64,000 bases of DNA from Octopus vulgaris (GCA_951406725.2 OX597817.1:91822001-91886000); one strand, 5' to 3'; positions 44,108 to 57,290 are shown, numbered from the stretch's first letter. Program-made: numbers and translations. The notes: generated by a model not told the origin, from the sequence alone.

Positions 44108-44940
44108 ATATGTATGTATGTATATATGTATGACAAAAGGAGGAGGAGGAGGAGTAGCCTTCCAAAAATTTAAGTGGGTGAGTTAATGGATTAAATCTAT
44201 CTTAATTTTGGGGGCTGGTTCTTTATTTTATTGATCATTAAAATGAAAGGCAAAACCAATTTCAACAAGGTTTAGACTCAGAACTTAAAGCAACATTACT
44301 AATTATGAAGGTCTCAAATTTTGCTGAAAGAAATATTTCGCTTCATTTAATCAACCATAATGTTTGACAGGGCTAATATAATTTAGTTTTACTGAAAGCT
44401 TCAAGATTTTTTTCCTGCTATTAGTAAGTTCAAATATTGATATCAATTAACTTGATTACGATTTCATTGAGATAAACTTAGGGCGAAAAATAATATTCAT
44501 GTCACAATATATCAAATATTATGTTTGATTTTCAAGAAAGTTGATGAAACAGAAGTGCTTGCAGGCATTCATTTTTTTATCTTTAATCTTTTTTCAACCA
44601 TAATTCTGTTGAGAGGCACTGCCTTTGTTTCAGTTAATTTTAAAAAATAACGAAGGATTTAGTGAAATAACTTTGTCGTAATTAATCTTATGTTTGGAAC
44701 ATAAATTAACATAAAATTTTGATGGACGGTTTCAATTTAATTCACTTTATAGTGGAATGATTGTATCATAGAGCAGTTTGAGGCAGCTTGGTGTCAAAAT
44801 AGGTCAAGTAATGTTCCATTTCACATCTTTACAAAGTCAGAAATCAACAACCAGTAAATTTTCAAAAAAAATTATTTTTTTCACCTAAGAATGAAAAATT
44901 AAATTTCCAGTGAAATTAATTCCTAGGTTCTTGAAATTAC

Positions 44941-45021
44941 CTCCTCCTTTCTCTGGGAGTTACTAGCAAGTGCTGCTGGGTTTTTGTTTTCTTTCAATAG
45001 TGGAAAGATTATTTTCAGGTC
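44941..45021 (-). CDS. Probable exon of host gene DLKIIFPLLKENKNPAALASNSQRKEE
   Basis: Acceptor ttttaag, donor GAG|gtaatt. 81 nt, open frame, phase 0/0. Confidence 0.55.
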
Positions 45022-46752
45022 CTTAAAACCTTTCGATATATGTGTCATTCAGTACATCAGCATCTACCTGGTATATGAATATTGCAACCAATAAGGGAAC
45101 TTCTATATGGTCAGTCAGCTAGTTAGAAATAGCAACCACATCTTCTCATATGCTTCTTTGTGAGAGAGAATATTGGTGTTGTCAGTATAGTTGAAAGGTT
45201 ATGTGAAAGCTTTGAAGTGAAGTAATAATAACGGTTTTGTTTCTTCCTACTTTCTTTCTTCAATTTTAGATTCCTCCATCTCACATCACCCTTTCTCGCT
45301 CCCTACATCATTCCCCACTCAGCACCGGCACATCAATTTCTTTATCATTCATCTGCCTCCAACCAAAACGATAAGACTGTGTCCTGCCTTTCACTCACAC
45401 TTAGACAAAGAGCAAGCTCATTCTCAAGAGACAAGATACTTAATGAAATTAATGTTATCAAGCTGTAAGATGGCGAGCTGGCAGAATCATTAGCATGCTG
45501 GGAAAAATGTTTAACAACATTTCATTCATCTTTACATTCTGAGCTCAAATTCCTCCAAGGTGAGGCTTACCTTTCATCCTTTTGGGGTCAATAAAATAAC
45601 TACTGGTTGAGTACTGGAGTCAATGTAATAGACTACTCCCTTCCATGAAGTTGCTGGCCCTGTGCCAAAATTTGAAACCAATATTATCAAACTCTTTCAC
45701 AAAGTTTCTAGTTATAAAGGCTGAAGAGAATTAAGAACGGGGATGTTGTTCTTGCTGCTGCTGTTATTAATGTGTTTTAATTCCCAGAAAGACACAGTGT
45801 GAAATGGTGAGGGCCAGTCTCAAGATATTAAGCCTCATGGAAGGGATGACAATGGACTGAGATGTCTGGTGATATAATGTTCTTGAGAAGAGCTGCCCAC
45901 TTCTGTGAAACTGAATTCTGGAGGGCCTGTGTATTACACCCATGTGTATCGTTAATTTACACATTCCACCCCAACAAGCCAAACAACATTCCATCATCCC
46001 AGTATCTTGGGCCAGTGTTTTTTAACCATATGTATTGGTTTCAAATTTTGGCACAAGGCCAGTAACTTTTGGGGAGGTAGTAAGTTGATTACATCAACCC
46101 CAGTACTCCAGTACTCAACTGATACTTAGTCTATCAACTCCAAAAGGATGAAAGGTACAGTCAACCTCAGGGAAATTTGAATTCAGAATGTAAAGACAGA
46201 TGAAATGCCACTAAGCATTTTGCCCAGCATGCTTACAATTCTGCCAGTTCAACACCTTTTTTTAACCATTGATATTGATCAATCAACTGAAGCTATGTGA
46301 ATGAAACTGGGTAGAGAGAAACTATATGGAAGTTCATTGCATGAATCCTATTGTAATCCAAAGGTCTGGACTGGTCACATAATGTATCTTGTTGAGGTGC
46401 AAAAGGTGCCCATGTCTGTGTCCTACTGATTTATGCCTGATAATTACATTAAGAGTGTAAATGTGTCAGTAAAATATTCAGCCACCTACATAACAATACA
46501 ATGAATCGGTTGTTTAGTTATTAGAGTAGGAGCCATTACCATTTTCACCAGTTAGATGTTTTTGGTAAATTAGATTTATTATTCTTATTCAAGAATATAG
46601 GCACAGGCATCACTGTGTGGTAAGAAGTTTGCTTCCCTACCATATAGTTCTAGGCAGTTCCACTGCATGGCAAATGTCTTCTACTATAGCCTTGGGCCGA
46701 CCAAAGCCTTGTTAGTGGATATGGTAGGCAAGAACTGGAAGAAGAAGCCTGT

Positions 46753-46795
<43 letters not shown>

Positions 46796-46844
46796 AAAAA
46801 AAGACAAGGTAGAAAATGCTAAAATAATTTTATAAAAAACATTT

Positions 46845-46880
46845 CAGTACCATTTTCGGTCATTGAGACTTTTTCAACTG
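46845..46880 (-). ncRNA. Minimal hammerhead motif with U3-A8 core variant
   Basis: CAG-TTGAAAA-aGTC tcaat GACc-GAAA-ATGG-TA-CTG. Confidence 0.5.
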
Positions 46881-47146
46881 TAAGTATGGGAAACAATTAA
46901 ATTTTGGAAAAATTAAATGAAAAGTTTTTAAAAGAATATTTGCATAGTATTCAAATACAAGGGGCATTTTCCTTGTTTCTGCCTGTCTCTGTCTCTCTTG
47001 TTTACTGTTCTGGATTCGAGACATAACTTGGTGTAGTCTTATTATGCCTAATCCAAACAAAGAAGAACACTCAAGAAAAAGCAATAACGCAAGAACATGG
47101 CACAAGTACTGTATTATCAGATACTCAGGAAAGGAAAGAAAGAGGA

Positions 47147-47179
47147 TTTTACACTTCAAGCAAAGCTCTTCTTCAGAAA
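47147..47179 (-). ncRNA. Minimal hammerhead motif (eroded)
   Basis: TTT-CTGAAGA-aGAGC ttt GCTT-GAAG-TG-TA-AAA. Confidence 0.5.
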
Positions 47180-47470
47180 TAGAGGAAAGTCCAAAGGAAC
47201 GGAAGATGGAGGAAAAAAATTTCCAACGATACACACATGGGGTATCTTTATGTCTGTGTTTGTCCCCTTGCCACCACTTGATAAATGGTATTGGTATGCT
47301 TATGACATCATAACTTAGCAGTTTGGCAGAAGAGACTGATAGAACAATTACTAGGCTTAAATAAATAATAAGTCTTGGGTCGATTTGTTTGACTAAAACC
47401 CTTCAAGGCTATGCCCCAGGATGGCGGCAGTCAACTGACTGAAACAAGTGAAAGAATAAAGAATGTTATT

Positions 47471-47517
47471 GACAGTGACTTCGAAGTTTCAGCCAGCTAA
47501 GCCATCATCAGACAATG
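47471..47517 (-). ncRNA. Minimal hammerhead motif with intact core, in a foldback (47461-47560)
   Basis: CATTGT-CTGATGA-tggcttagctggct-GAAA-CTTCGAAG-TC-ACTGT. GUC cleavage triplet. Confidence 0.7.
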
Positions 47518-48751
47518 ATTTAACTAGCTAAAACTTCGAAACCACTGTCAACAACATTCTTGTATAAGAATAATAAATTTGTACTCCACAGAAATACAGA
47601 GTAACCCATCAGATTAATGTAAAGTTGTTTTTATTATAACTGAACATGATAACAATTGTTAATATGGTTGATAGATTACATATTTTACTAGCTAGGCGTT
47701 ATCTAAGTAATTTTATGTGATATTTTATTAGCTAAATGATTTATTAACTAGGTGTTTTATTAGCTAAGCATTTCATTAACAGCTATATAGTTATCAGTGC
47801 ACTTTTTCAGTCAGCCTCACCAATCACTCTTACAGTCTAGAATTATTTTTTCTAACATGGCACTGACCTATAGCTGTCGTTATTGTTTAACTGCTAACCT
47901 GCTGACCTATGAAGAAAGACATTCCAGTTTTCATTCAGTCATGAATTCATCTAAGATTACATTAGCCAATGATTACCTTATTTTTTTAAATGGTAGGATG
48001 TAACTTGAGAAAAATTTACCTGTTATTTCTTACAAGTTGAGTGAAGGGCTGAGTGTGTCTCCCTTTGGTTTTTGTCAAAGATATCCACTCATTGGTTCAG
48101 TGGGGAAATGGTTGTTTACCAAATCTAGAAGTTTATGTGATAATGCAGGGTTAATTTGACCAACGACACTAGTATATATTTTACTGACCCCTGCTGCCAG
48201 TCCTGAAGAGAAATATAAAGTTGACCTGTGCAGGATTGAAATCTTTTATAGTGAAATCAAAGGAGAAAATGAGGTCCCCTTGACTTCTCAGTATCTCTAA
48301 GACTGGTGTGGTGTGATGGGGATAGAGAGAGGAAGTTTTCCTCAGACTGAAGATTTGAGCAAATTACATGCAACTTAATGGATTCTGTTAAAACACTGAG
48401 AGGCAAAACATTTATTTTTCTAGAACAGGAACAGTTAATCTGACAGATCCTAGTTTCCATGTGCTGTATAGTGGATCTAAACCTGGAGCAAGTTGTGAAG
48501 AAAAAATTTTAAGCCATATACACACACATGTCTGCATCTTAACATCATTTACTTTTGTTTTTTCTTGTTAGTAGGATATATAAACTTAGGTTGATGACAT
48601 ACTTGATTTGCAAGTCCTGTATTTCCTTTACAGCCCAGTACTTAACTTTAGCTTCTTGTAATATAACTGATGAAAGATAAAAGTCTCCTTGTGATAGAAT
48701 ATACTTGCTTATTACAGGTCGCATTTCTCAAAGAATCTTGTAACTACTCAC

Positions 48752-48791
48752 AGCAGGCAGCAGATCTGAAGAGTGAGAATAATTCAAGTAG
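48752..48791 (-). CDS. Possible 40-nt exon YLNYSHSSDLLPA
   Basis: Acceptor tttaaacag, donor gtgagt. Phase 2 to 0, compatible with neighbouring exons. Confidence 0.45.
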
Positions 48792-48834
48792 CTGTTTAAA
48801 TACACAACAAAAATTCAAATGCAAAATTTGAACT

Positions 48835-48990
48835 TAATGCCATTGAGCTGTTAATCCAACATTGTTATCACTTCCTCACTTAATACCATTGAGTTGTTAA
48901 TCCAACACTGTTATTTGAACTGCTAATCCAACTCTGTTATCATCTCACCATTTGATGCCATTGAGCTGTTCATCTAACACTGTTATTACC
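48835..48990 (+). repeat. Degenerate tandem repeat (CCATTGAGCTGTTAATCCAACACTGTTAT core, ~4 units)
   Basis: Read directly from the sequence. Confidence 0.7.
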
Positions 48991-50151
48991 TTATTAGAAC
49001 ATCAGACAAAAGACTTTGCTGTATTTGTTTTGGCTCTTTATGTTCTGAGACAACTTGTTTTCCATCCTTTAGGACCAACACAATATGAGGCAGGTGGTTG
49101 TTTAATTGACTGCCAATTTGTGCAAACATGCATTTGTCTAGCATGATACTGTAGTGCTCAAATCTTTGTTACAACTGTACAACTCTGATGGCAGGTGACA
49201 TGATACACTAGTCAGAGTATGCTGCTGTTACAATAATATTATCTATCTGTAACACCATATATTACTGACAACATATGTGCATGTACATGCACATGCATTC
49301 ACACACAAACACTTGAATCCTATCATTCACTCACCAAAGCACATGTACACACTTTCTCTCTCCTTCTTCCTCTCCCTCTCTCTTAAGGTTGACTTCATTA
49401 AAAAGAATTACACAAGGCCAGCAAGGTCACGGAAGGGGGTAAGTCAATTACATGAACCCCAGTGGTTAACTGGTACTTATTTTATCAACCCCAAAAAGAT
49501 GAAAGCAAGCTAAGCCATCATCAGACAATGGTTCACAGCATTTCTAAATGCAAAAGTAACAAGGAGCTACTTGTGCAAATTTGAACTCAGAATGTAAAGA
49601 TGGATGAAATGCTGCTAAACATTTTGCCCAACATCTTAATGCTTGCCATCTTAGAACTATCATACTGTTATCGGTAGAATTACCATTCTATCTGTAGACC
49701 TACTATTCATCCTCATTATCATCCATTAACATCCATTTTCCATGTTGGCATGAATTGGTCTGTTTGACCAGAGCTTGCAATCTAGCAAGCTGTACTAAGT
49801 TCCAGTCTGATTTGGCTTGGTTTCTATGGCTGGATGCCCTTCCTAACACCAACCACTTTAAAGTGTCTGCTGGGCGCTTTTAATGTTCCACTGGTACAGG
49901 TGCTTCTACATGGTACTGGCACAAGTGCCCTTTATGAGGCAGAAGTCCTTTTTATGTGGCACCAGCACAGGACTCTTACAGGTCAATCCTCTTCACCAGG
50001 GATGTAGCCTTAACACTTCTGCTGTGGTGGACAGGTCTTCTTGAGTACAAGGTGCCAGGTATTTCAGCCCTTTGTCATTTCATCAAAAAGGTTCAGCATT
50101 CTGAAGTTGTCTTTCAGTTCTTTGCTATATGTGTAAAATTATTATGCTATA

Positions 50152-50280
50152 TGTAGAACTACTATTCCATCTATAGAACTACGATTTTTATCTGTAGAAC
50201 TACCACTGTATCAGTAGAGCTGCTATACCATCTGCAGAACTCACATTTTATCTTTAGAAGTACTATTCTATCAGTAGAGA
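50152..50280 (+). repeat. 20-bp minisatellite (GTAGAACTACTATTCTATCT-like, ~6 units)
   Basis: Read directly. Related units at ~49650-49710. Confidence 0.7.
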
Positions 50281-50703
50281 AAAATTACTTCACCATCATT
50301 AGACCCATCATTTAATCAGCTGAGAGAATGACCATTCTATCAATGGGGATCCAACTTGATGCAAGAGATAAAATGCTATGTGTTATGTTCAGCAGCTAAT
50401 TAATAAACCATATTAGAAGGAACAGAATCATGTAGAGAGATTTGGATTTCAGCATAAATTAATTATTTGTACAAGTAATAGAGTTGTATGGGTGCTATCA
50501 TGTCATCTGGCATTATCTTGGGCATTTTTTAAACCTGACAGAATCTCTGTCACTCCAGATCTGATAATTGAGAGAATAATTCACCCCAGTTCTTAATGTC
50601 AAATTAACCATGCCAGGATTTGAATTCAGGGAGCAGAGCTAAAAGGAATACCACAAAACATATTAGTCAATACTCTGCTGAGTTTAACAAATTCAGTTCC
50701 TTA

Positions 50704-50745
<42 letters not shown>

Positions 50746-52659
50746 ATGAATGTATATATGTATGCATGTAGGTGAGTTTCTCCTTTGATGTCTGTTAATG
50801 AAAGATGTACACGTTGACAAGATGCCTTGTGATATTTGTTCTGTAAAATTTGCACAAGTAGCCCTTTGTTACTCTTGCATTTGAAAATGCTGTAAACCAG
50901 TAATTGATCAGCAGGAAGCCTGTGACGAACGATACAAAATAATGCAAAATAAAAGTCTAATATTTAAATAGTGGTGCAAATACAGGGTGATGAAACTTCT
51001 TATTTCTGTAAGACACTGACTCAAATACTGTTCTACCCTCACCCAACCCAGCCTACCTTATCACTCTGCCCCCATCACCACTTCATGATATAGATCTTCA
51101 AGAGACTTCCTACATGCTTGGTCAATTTTCTAGAAATAGCTGCCAAAATTTCATTAATTGCACTTTAATGTCTTTAAAAAAAATTTACAGGGTGGTCACA
51201 ATAGAAATGTTTTTTATCATAAAACTTCCCAATCAGAAATGTCATAAGTCTTGAAAATCAGAGCAGCAACAATTCTAACCAATACTTTACTGAGCTATAA
51301 TGGCATTTGAATTCAGAATGTAAAAGAATGTAATTACCACAAGTGTTACTTGTGTATCTTTATCTTTTGAACAGATACACCATATCTCTACAAGTTGTAT
51401 GATGCTGCTACATGTGTTGGTGACAGGAAGAGTATCCAAGCATAAAGTGCTGTTTCAACAAAACAACTCAACTCATGAAAGCATAGAAAGGGGACATAAA
51501 GCAATGATGATGATGATGATGTTTATCATTGTTGTAGTTGCTGTTGCTGTTGCTGCTGCTGCTGCTATTAAATTTAATTCTAATAGTGTGAAAATATCGT
51601 TTTTGCTTATTTGCTTCAAGACATGATTTATTCAAATATTACCAAATAAAATGTCTTTGGATAACTTGCAAGATTGAATTATAAATACGAAAGGAAAGTT
51701 TGCCCTCAATATCTGGGCAGAGACAAAAATAAATTATTTATTTTACAAACTTTAAAAATTTTATGTACACATTACATTTCTCACATCCAAAATGACTACC
51801 AAATATACTTATATTACAAAATTGAATGGCTAAAAACAACAGTACATACACAAAATAAACAACTGAATGTGCAAAAGGAGGGAGAAGTTAAACAGTCTAG
51901 GGAGCAATTAATGGAGGAAAATGTCCCAAACACTGAAATAAGTAGTTTTGAAGTTAGCAACAGTAGTGACAATTGCTGTAGCAATGATTACATGAAATCA
52001 AATACTATGATCTCTTCTTTGAGGTAGTGACATGGCAGAATCATTAGCATGCTGGGCAAAATGCTTAGAAACATTTAATTCATCTGTATGATCTGAGTTC
52101 AAATTCCACCAAGGTCAACTTTGCCTTTCCTCCTTTTAAGGTCAATAAAATAATTATCAGTTGAACTCTGGGATTGATGTAATTGACTTACCTCTCCCTT
52201 GAACTTGGCCTTGTGCCAAAGTTTGATATCAATATGACCTCTTCAAACAACAATTAAGATGAATCCTCTTTTCATACCAATTGAACAAAAGAAATTTTTA
52301 GACTTGTAATAGTTACAAGAAAAAGAGTGTTGGTAGGAGAATTTTGTAAAACCAAACAAGATTTGGTGGAGACAAAAATGGTTGATCTGATTGACCCCCA
52401 ATATTAGACAGGTACTCTATTTTATTGACCCTGAATGGATGAGAGGCAAGGTGACCTAAGCAAAATTTTAACTCACAAGAGTTCAAGAAATGCCACAAGG
52501 TATTTTTTCCAAACACTTAAAGTATTCTACCAGAACACCACCCCAATAACAATCAATAATAATCAATAATAATAATAATAATAATAATAATGATAATAAC
52601 AATCCTTTCTACTATAGGAGCAAAACCTACTACTACTACTAATAATAATAATAATAATC

Positions 52660-53562
52660 ATCATCATCATCATCATCATCGTTTAACGTCCGCTTTCCAT
52701 GCTAGCATGGGTTGGACGGTTCAACTGGGGTCTGGGGAGCCCGAAGGCTGCACCAGGCCAGTCAGATCTGGCAGTGTTTCTACAGCTGGATGCCCTTCCT
52801 AACGTCAACCACTCCGAGAGTGTAGTGGGTGATTTTATGTGCCACCGACACAGGTGCCAGACGAGGCTGCCGAACGGCCACGCTCGGATGGTGTTTTTTA
52901 TGTGCCACCGACACAGGTGCCAGACGAGGCTGGCAGACGGCCACGCTCAGATGGTGTTTTTTATGAGCCACCGACACAGGTGCCAGACGAGGTTGGCAGA
53001 CGGCCACACTCGGATGGTGTTTGTTACGTGCCCTCAGCACGGAGGCCAGTCGATGCGGTACTGGCTACGGTCACGTTCGGATGGTTTTCTTATGTGCCAC
53101 CGGCACTGGTACCACAAGGATACAAATTCCATTGATGTTCATCTATTTTGAATTGGTTTGATTTGATTTGATTTGATTTGATTTGATTTTCACTTGCCTC
53201 AACAGGTCTTCACAAGTGTCACAAGAAGGAAGGTATGCACAGGTGGACTGACTACGTCCCAGGTAGGGGCCACGGGTTATGGCTTCACTAGTCTTGCCGG
53301 GTCTTCTCACGCACAGCATACTTCCATAGGTCTCGGTCTCTAGTCATTTCCATGGTGAGACCTAAAGTTCAAAGGTCGTGCTTCACCACCTCGTCCCAGG
53401 TTTTCCTGGGTCTACCTCTTCCACGGGTTCCCTCAACTGCTAGGGATTGGCACTTTCTCACACACCTATCTTCATCCATTCTCACCACATGACCATACCA
53501 GCGCAATCGTCTCTCTTGCACACCACAACTGATGCTTCTTAGGTACAACATTTCTCTCAAGG
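52660..53562 (-). mobile_element. 3' end of an RTE-like LINE (parent of family C) with (GAT)n tail
   Basis: RRLRWYGHVVRMDEDRCVRKCQSLAVEGTRGRGRPRKTWDEVV. 3' UTR has three ~62-bp tandem units at 52838-53020. Confidence 0.88.
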
Positions 53563-53580
53563 TACAATAATAATAATAAA

Positions 53581-54132
53581 TGCCCTGATGCAGTACCAGG
53601 CAGTGGCTCTCATGACTTCTCATCTTAACTGATTGGAAGTGTTATCATGTACATTGTTTTGTCTTGGTATAAAAGATGGGCTACAGCAAATATTCTGCTC
53701 AATACCACAGATTTGCTTGTCAGTTGTTTGACCTTAACCAGTTGACCATGTCCCTTAGTGGCTGACAATATGTGCATCTCTGATCACGAGCAGAAGTAGT
53801 TGGGGAGCATCATAGCCATGTGTTGAGAGGGACTCTTTGGTTTGAATAATTCACCTCTTGAAACATGGGTGTTTCATTCAACATCCTTAATCAACCCTTA
53901 TTCAGGGACCTTTTGAGCAGGATGGGTTACTCGACCAGAAGAAAATTCAAACTGGGCTCACCTGCAACGTCATCTGCTGTTTATCTTGCTATGAGATCAC
54001 CATGTTATGCACATATAGTTGTGATGCATGTGCTTAGTGTACCCTTATCAGATGAGTAGTCATGATAGGTATACTGGGCTTCATATATTTTACCCCAGTG
54101 TCACTTTGATGGCATGCACTGCTCTCTCACTC
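53581..54132 (+). mobile_element. Element X, full length
   Basis: Colinear with the other copies. (AAT)n flanks. Confidence 0.85.
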
Positions 54133-54180
<48 letters not shown>

Positions 54181-54182
<2 letters not shown>

Positions 54183-54452
54183 ACCGAGATGTAGCAGTTA
54201 CAAGAGTCAAACATAAAGTTTGTACCTGCTGTCATCAGAGCATTAGGTTCAATACCACTTCAAGAAACACCTGGACACTTTAGAAATACCTTACAATGTA
54301 GGTGTATTGCAAAAATCGGTATTGATTTGAATTGCATGCATATTACATTAAGTACTGTCTGAGGTCCTTGTGATATGACAGACGGTACAACCCCCATTAC
54401 AATATCTTTAATCAACAACATCACGATATTGGATACTGTGCAATGTCTTAAA
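54181..54452 (+). mobile_element. Short R4/Dong 3' remnant
   Basis: VPAVIRALGSIP...VLQKSVL, lying between AAT tracts. Confidence 0.55.
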
Positions 54453-54471
54453 TAATAGTGATAATAATGAA

Positions 54472-55002
54472 TGCATTGATACAGTACCAGGCACTGGTTC
54501 TCATTACTTCTGATCTTAGCTGATTGGGAATGTTATCATGTACATTGCTTTGTCTTGGTATAAAAGATGGGTTACAAGTATTCTGCTCCACACAACAGAT
54601 TTGCTTGTCAGTTGCTTGACCTTAACTAGTTGAGCATGTCCCTTAGTGACTGATGATATATGCATCTTTGATCATGAGCAGAAGTAGAGGGGTAGCATCA
54701 TAGCCATGTGTTGAGAGGAATTCTTTGTGGCTCTGGAAACATGATTATTTTGCGCATCATTCTTAAACAAACCTCATTCAGTGGTTTTCAGTGGGAAGGA
54801 CTACTTAACTTAAAGAAAATTCTAACTGGACCCCTCCTGCAAGGTCAAATGCTGTTTATCTTGACATGAGATCACTTTGTCATGTACATATTGTTGTGAT
54901 GCATATACCTGGTGCACCCTTATCAGATGGGTAGTCAAGATGGGTATACTGGGCTTCATATATTTGTAATCCATTTGATGGCATGCACTGCTCTCCTACC
55001 GC
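54472..55002 (+). mobile_element. Element X, older copy
   Basis: Colinear but more diverged. Confidence 0.8.
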
Positions 55003-55205
55003 AATAAGTAGGGCGGCAAACTGGCAGAATTGTTAGCATGCCAGGCAAAATGCCTTGCAGCATTTCATCCATCTTTACATTCTGAGTTAGCCTTTCATCT
55101 TTTTGAGGACAATAAAATAAGTATTAGTTGATCACTGGGGTCGATGTAATCGACTTACCACCTCCACATAAACTGCTGGCCTTGTGTCAAAATTTGAAAC
55201 CAATA

Positions 55206-55243
<38 letters not shown>

Positions 55244-55441
55244 AACAGTTTAGCTCAAAGTTATCAAATATCAATCAGATAAAAAATTGACAGAATTTCT
55301 CTAACTTTACTTGAATGACGGAAATGTTTTGTAGATTGATTTGGTGTTTCTTCTCAGAAACCATTTCCAAAAGATCAATGTTGTTTCATTTCGTATTGAA
55401 TATTGATTCTTGCTATTTCAAAAGAATATGTGTGATGTATG

Positions 55442-55499
<58 letters not shown>

Positions 55500-55909
55500 A
55501 GCATGTGTGTGTGTGAGCATGGTCAATAACTAAAGAGCAATGTTTAAGAAGATATAGAGACAGCAGCAATATATAGTGACCACAAGTCGGGGCTGTTGTT
55601 ACAATCATTCACAGTCTCAAAACACAACTAATTTATTGTTCCATGTCACACAAACATCTTTTTACTTCCTACTTCCTAATCTATTATTTTGACACCATTT
55701 TCTTTATCCATTTTGCTTTATTCTTCAGAGAAGAATTTTTTCAAAACCCTGAAGGAGCAGTTTCCATTAACTTTCTTTACTTTTCCTTTTTGTAACTATT
55801 GCTGTTGCTGTTGTTGCTATTATTGCTGCAATGCTTGTTGTTGTTTTTATATTACTGTTGCTTTTACTGTTATTGTATATTGTGATTTTTATTGTGTTTT
55901 TTTTTATCT

Positions 55910-56535
55910 GTTTCAGTTCATGCTGGAGCACTGCTGTGAAGAACTTTTAGTTAAACAAATTGACCCCAAGACATTTTTTTTCAGCCTGGTACTTATTCTA
56001 CCAGTCTTTTTTTTTGCTGAACTACTATGTTTTGGGGACATGAATAGACCAACATCAGTTGTTAAGTGGTGGTGGTGTGGTGGACAAACACACGTATGTG
56101 CACACACACAAACAAATATATATATTTTTTTTATTTTTTTTTTTGTACTTGTTTCAGTCATTTGACTGCGGCCATGCTGGAGCACCGCCTTTAGAGTGGT
56201 GAAAGAGTACAGCAGGGATCACCACCATCCCCTGCCGGAGCCCCGTGGAGCTTTTAGGTGTTTTCGCTCAATAAACACACACAACGCCCGGTCTGGGAAT
56301 CGAAACCGCGATCCTCCGACCGCAAGTCCGCTGCCCTAACCACTGGGCCATTGCGCCTCCATATATATATATATGACGAGCTTCTTTCAGTTTCTGTCTA
56401 CCAAATCCATTCACAAGGCTTTGGTTGGCCTGAGGCTATAGTAGAAGACACTTGCCTAGGGTGCTATGCAGTGGGAATGAACCCAGAACCATGTGGCTGA
56501 AATGCAAGCTTCTTACCACACATCCACGCCCGCAC
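55910..56535 (-). mobile_element. SINE family A interrupted by a younger SINE
   Basis: Family A head at 56375-56535, body at 55910-56110. Confidence 0.75.
56150..56360 (-). mobile_element. Young tRNA-derived SINE
   Basis: Head GGAGGCGCAATGGCCCAGTGGTTAGGGCAGCGGAC...GGTTTCGATTCCC with A/B boxes. CpGs retained. Confidence 0.8.
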
Positions 56536-56881
56536 CTTGTGTTTTTAATTTTGTTTTATTTTAATTAACTTGCTGTTTATTATATTGTTGTTTGTTTTTA
56601 ATAATTTCATGTTTTGGCATTAGGAAGGGCATCCAGCTGTAGAAACATTGCCAGATTAGACTGGAGCCTGGTGCAGCCTTCTGGCTTCCCAGAACCCTGG
56701 TCGAACCGTCCAACCCATGCTAGCATGGAGAACGGACGTTAAACGATGATGATGATGATGATGATGATGATGTTGATGATGTTGTCATTTTCTCTTCTAA
56801 AAAACAAATCTATTACACACCCTGTCTTCTAACCTTACCTACCAAAATACTAAACTTGTGACTATTCTGTTGTTCTTTTAC

Positions 56882-57066
56882 TGGTTTTCCATCAGTGGAC
56901 TGTGGCTATGCTGGGGCACCATCCTCAACTGGTTTTTGATAGAATTCATTTGAGCCACAGTCCTCAATCTGCTTCTTTCATCACTGATCTTGATTTGCTG
57001 AATATTTTTAACATTACCTTCTTTTGGTGTAAAAGGATGTAAATCAATAAGATGCTTTTCTTCCAT
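56882..57066 (-). CDS. Possible first coding exon of host gene (MEEKHLIDLHPF...SPLMEN)
   Basis: Non-repetitive ORF ending at CA|gtaaaa, phase 2, matching the 48791 exon. In-frame stop two codons upstream of the ATG. Confidence 0.4.
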
Positions 57067-57290
57067 ACATCAATTCTACCTTCTAATCACAGTCAATAGA
57101 ATCACTATGGCTTCATCATTTAAGATTGGCTGGGGATGAAGGTATATTATAGATAAGTAAATAAATATATATATACACACACACATATATATATGATTAT
57201 ATATATACATACGTGCTTACATACATACATGTATATTTATATCTAGCATGGAAAACGGACGCTAAACGATGATGATGATGATGATGATGA

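Larger units (their letters stand above)
46599..47462 (+). mobile_element. SINE family A split by an insertion at 46793-47240
   Basis: Head at 46599-46755 and body resuming at ~47245. Confidence 0.8.

Noticed and set aside
52838-53020. CRISPR-like repeat array
   Set aside because: Contiguous ~62-bp tandem units without unique spacers, inside a LINE 3' UTR of a eukaryote.
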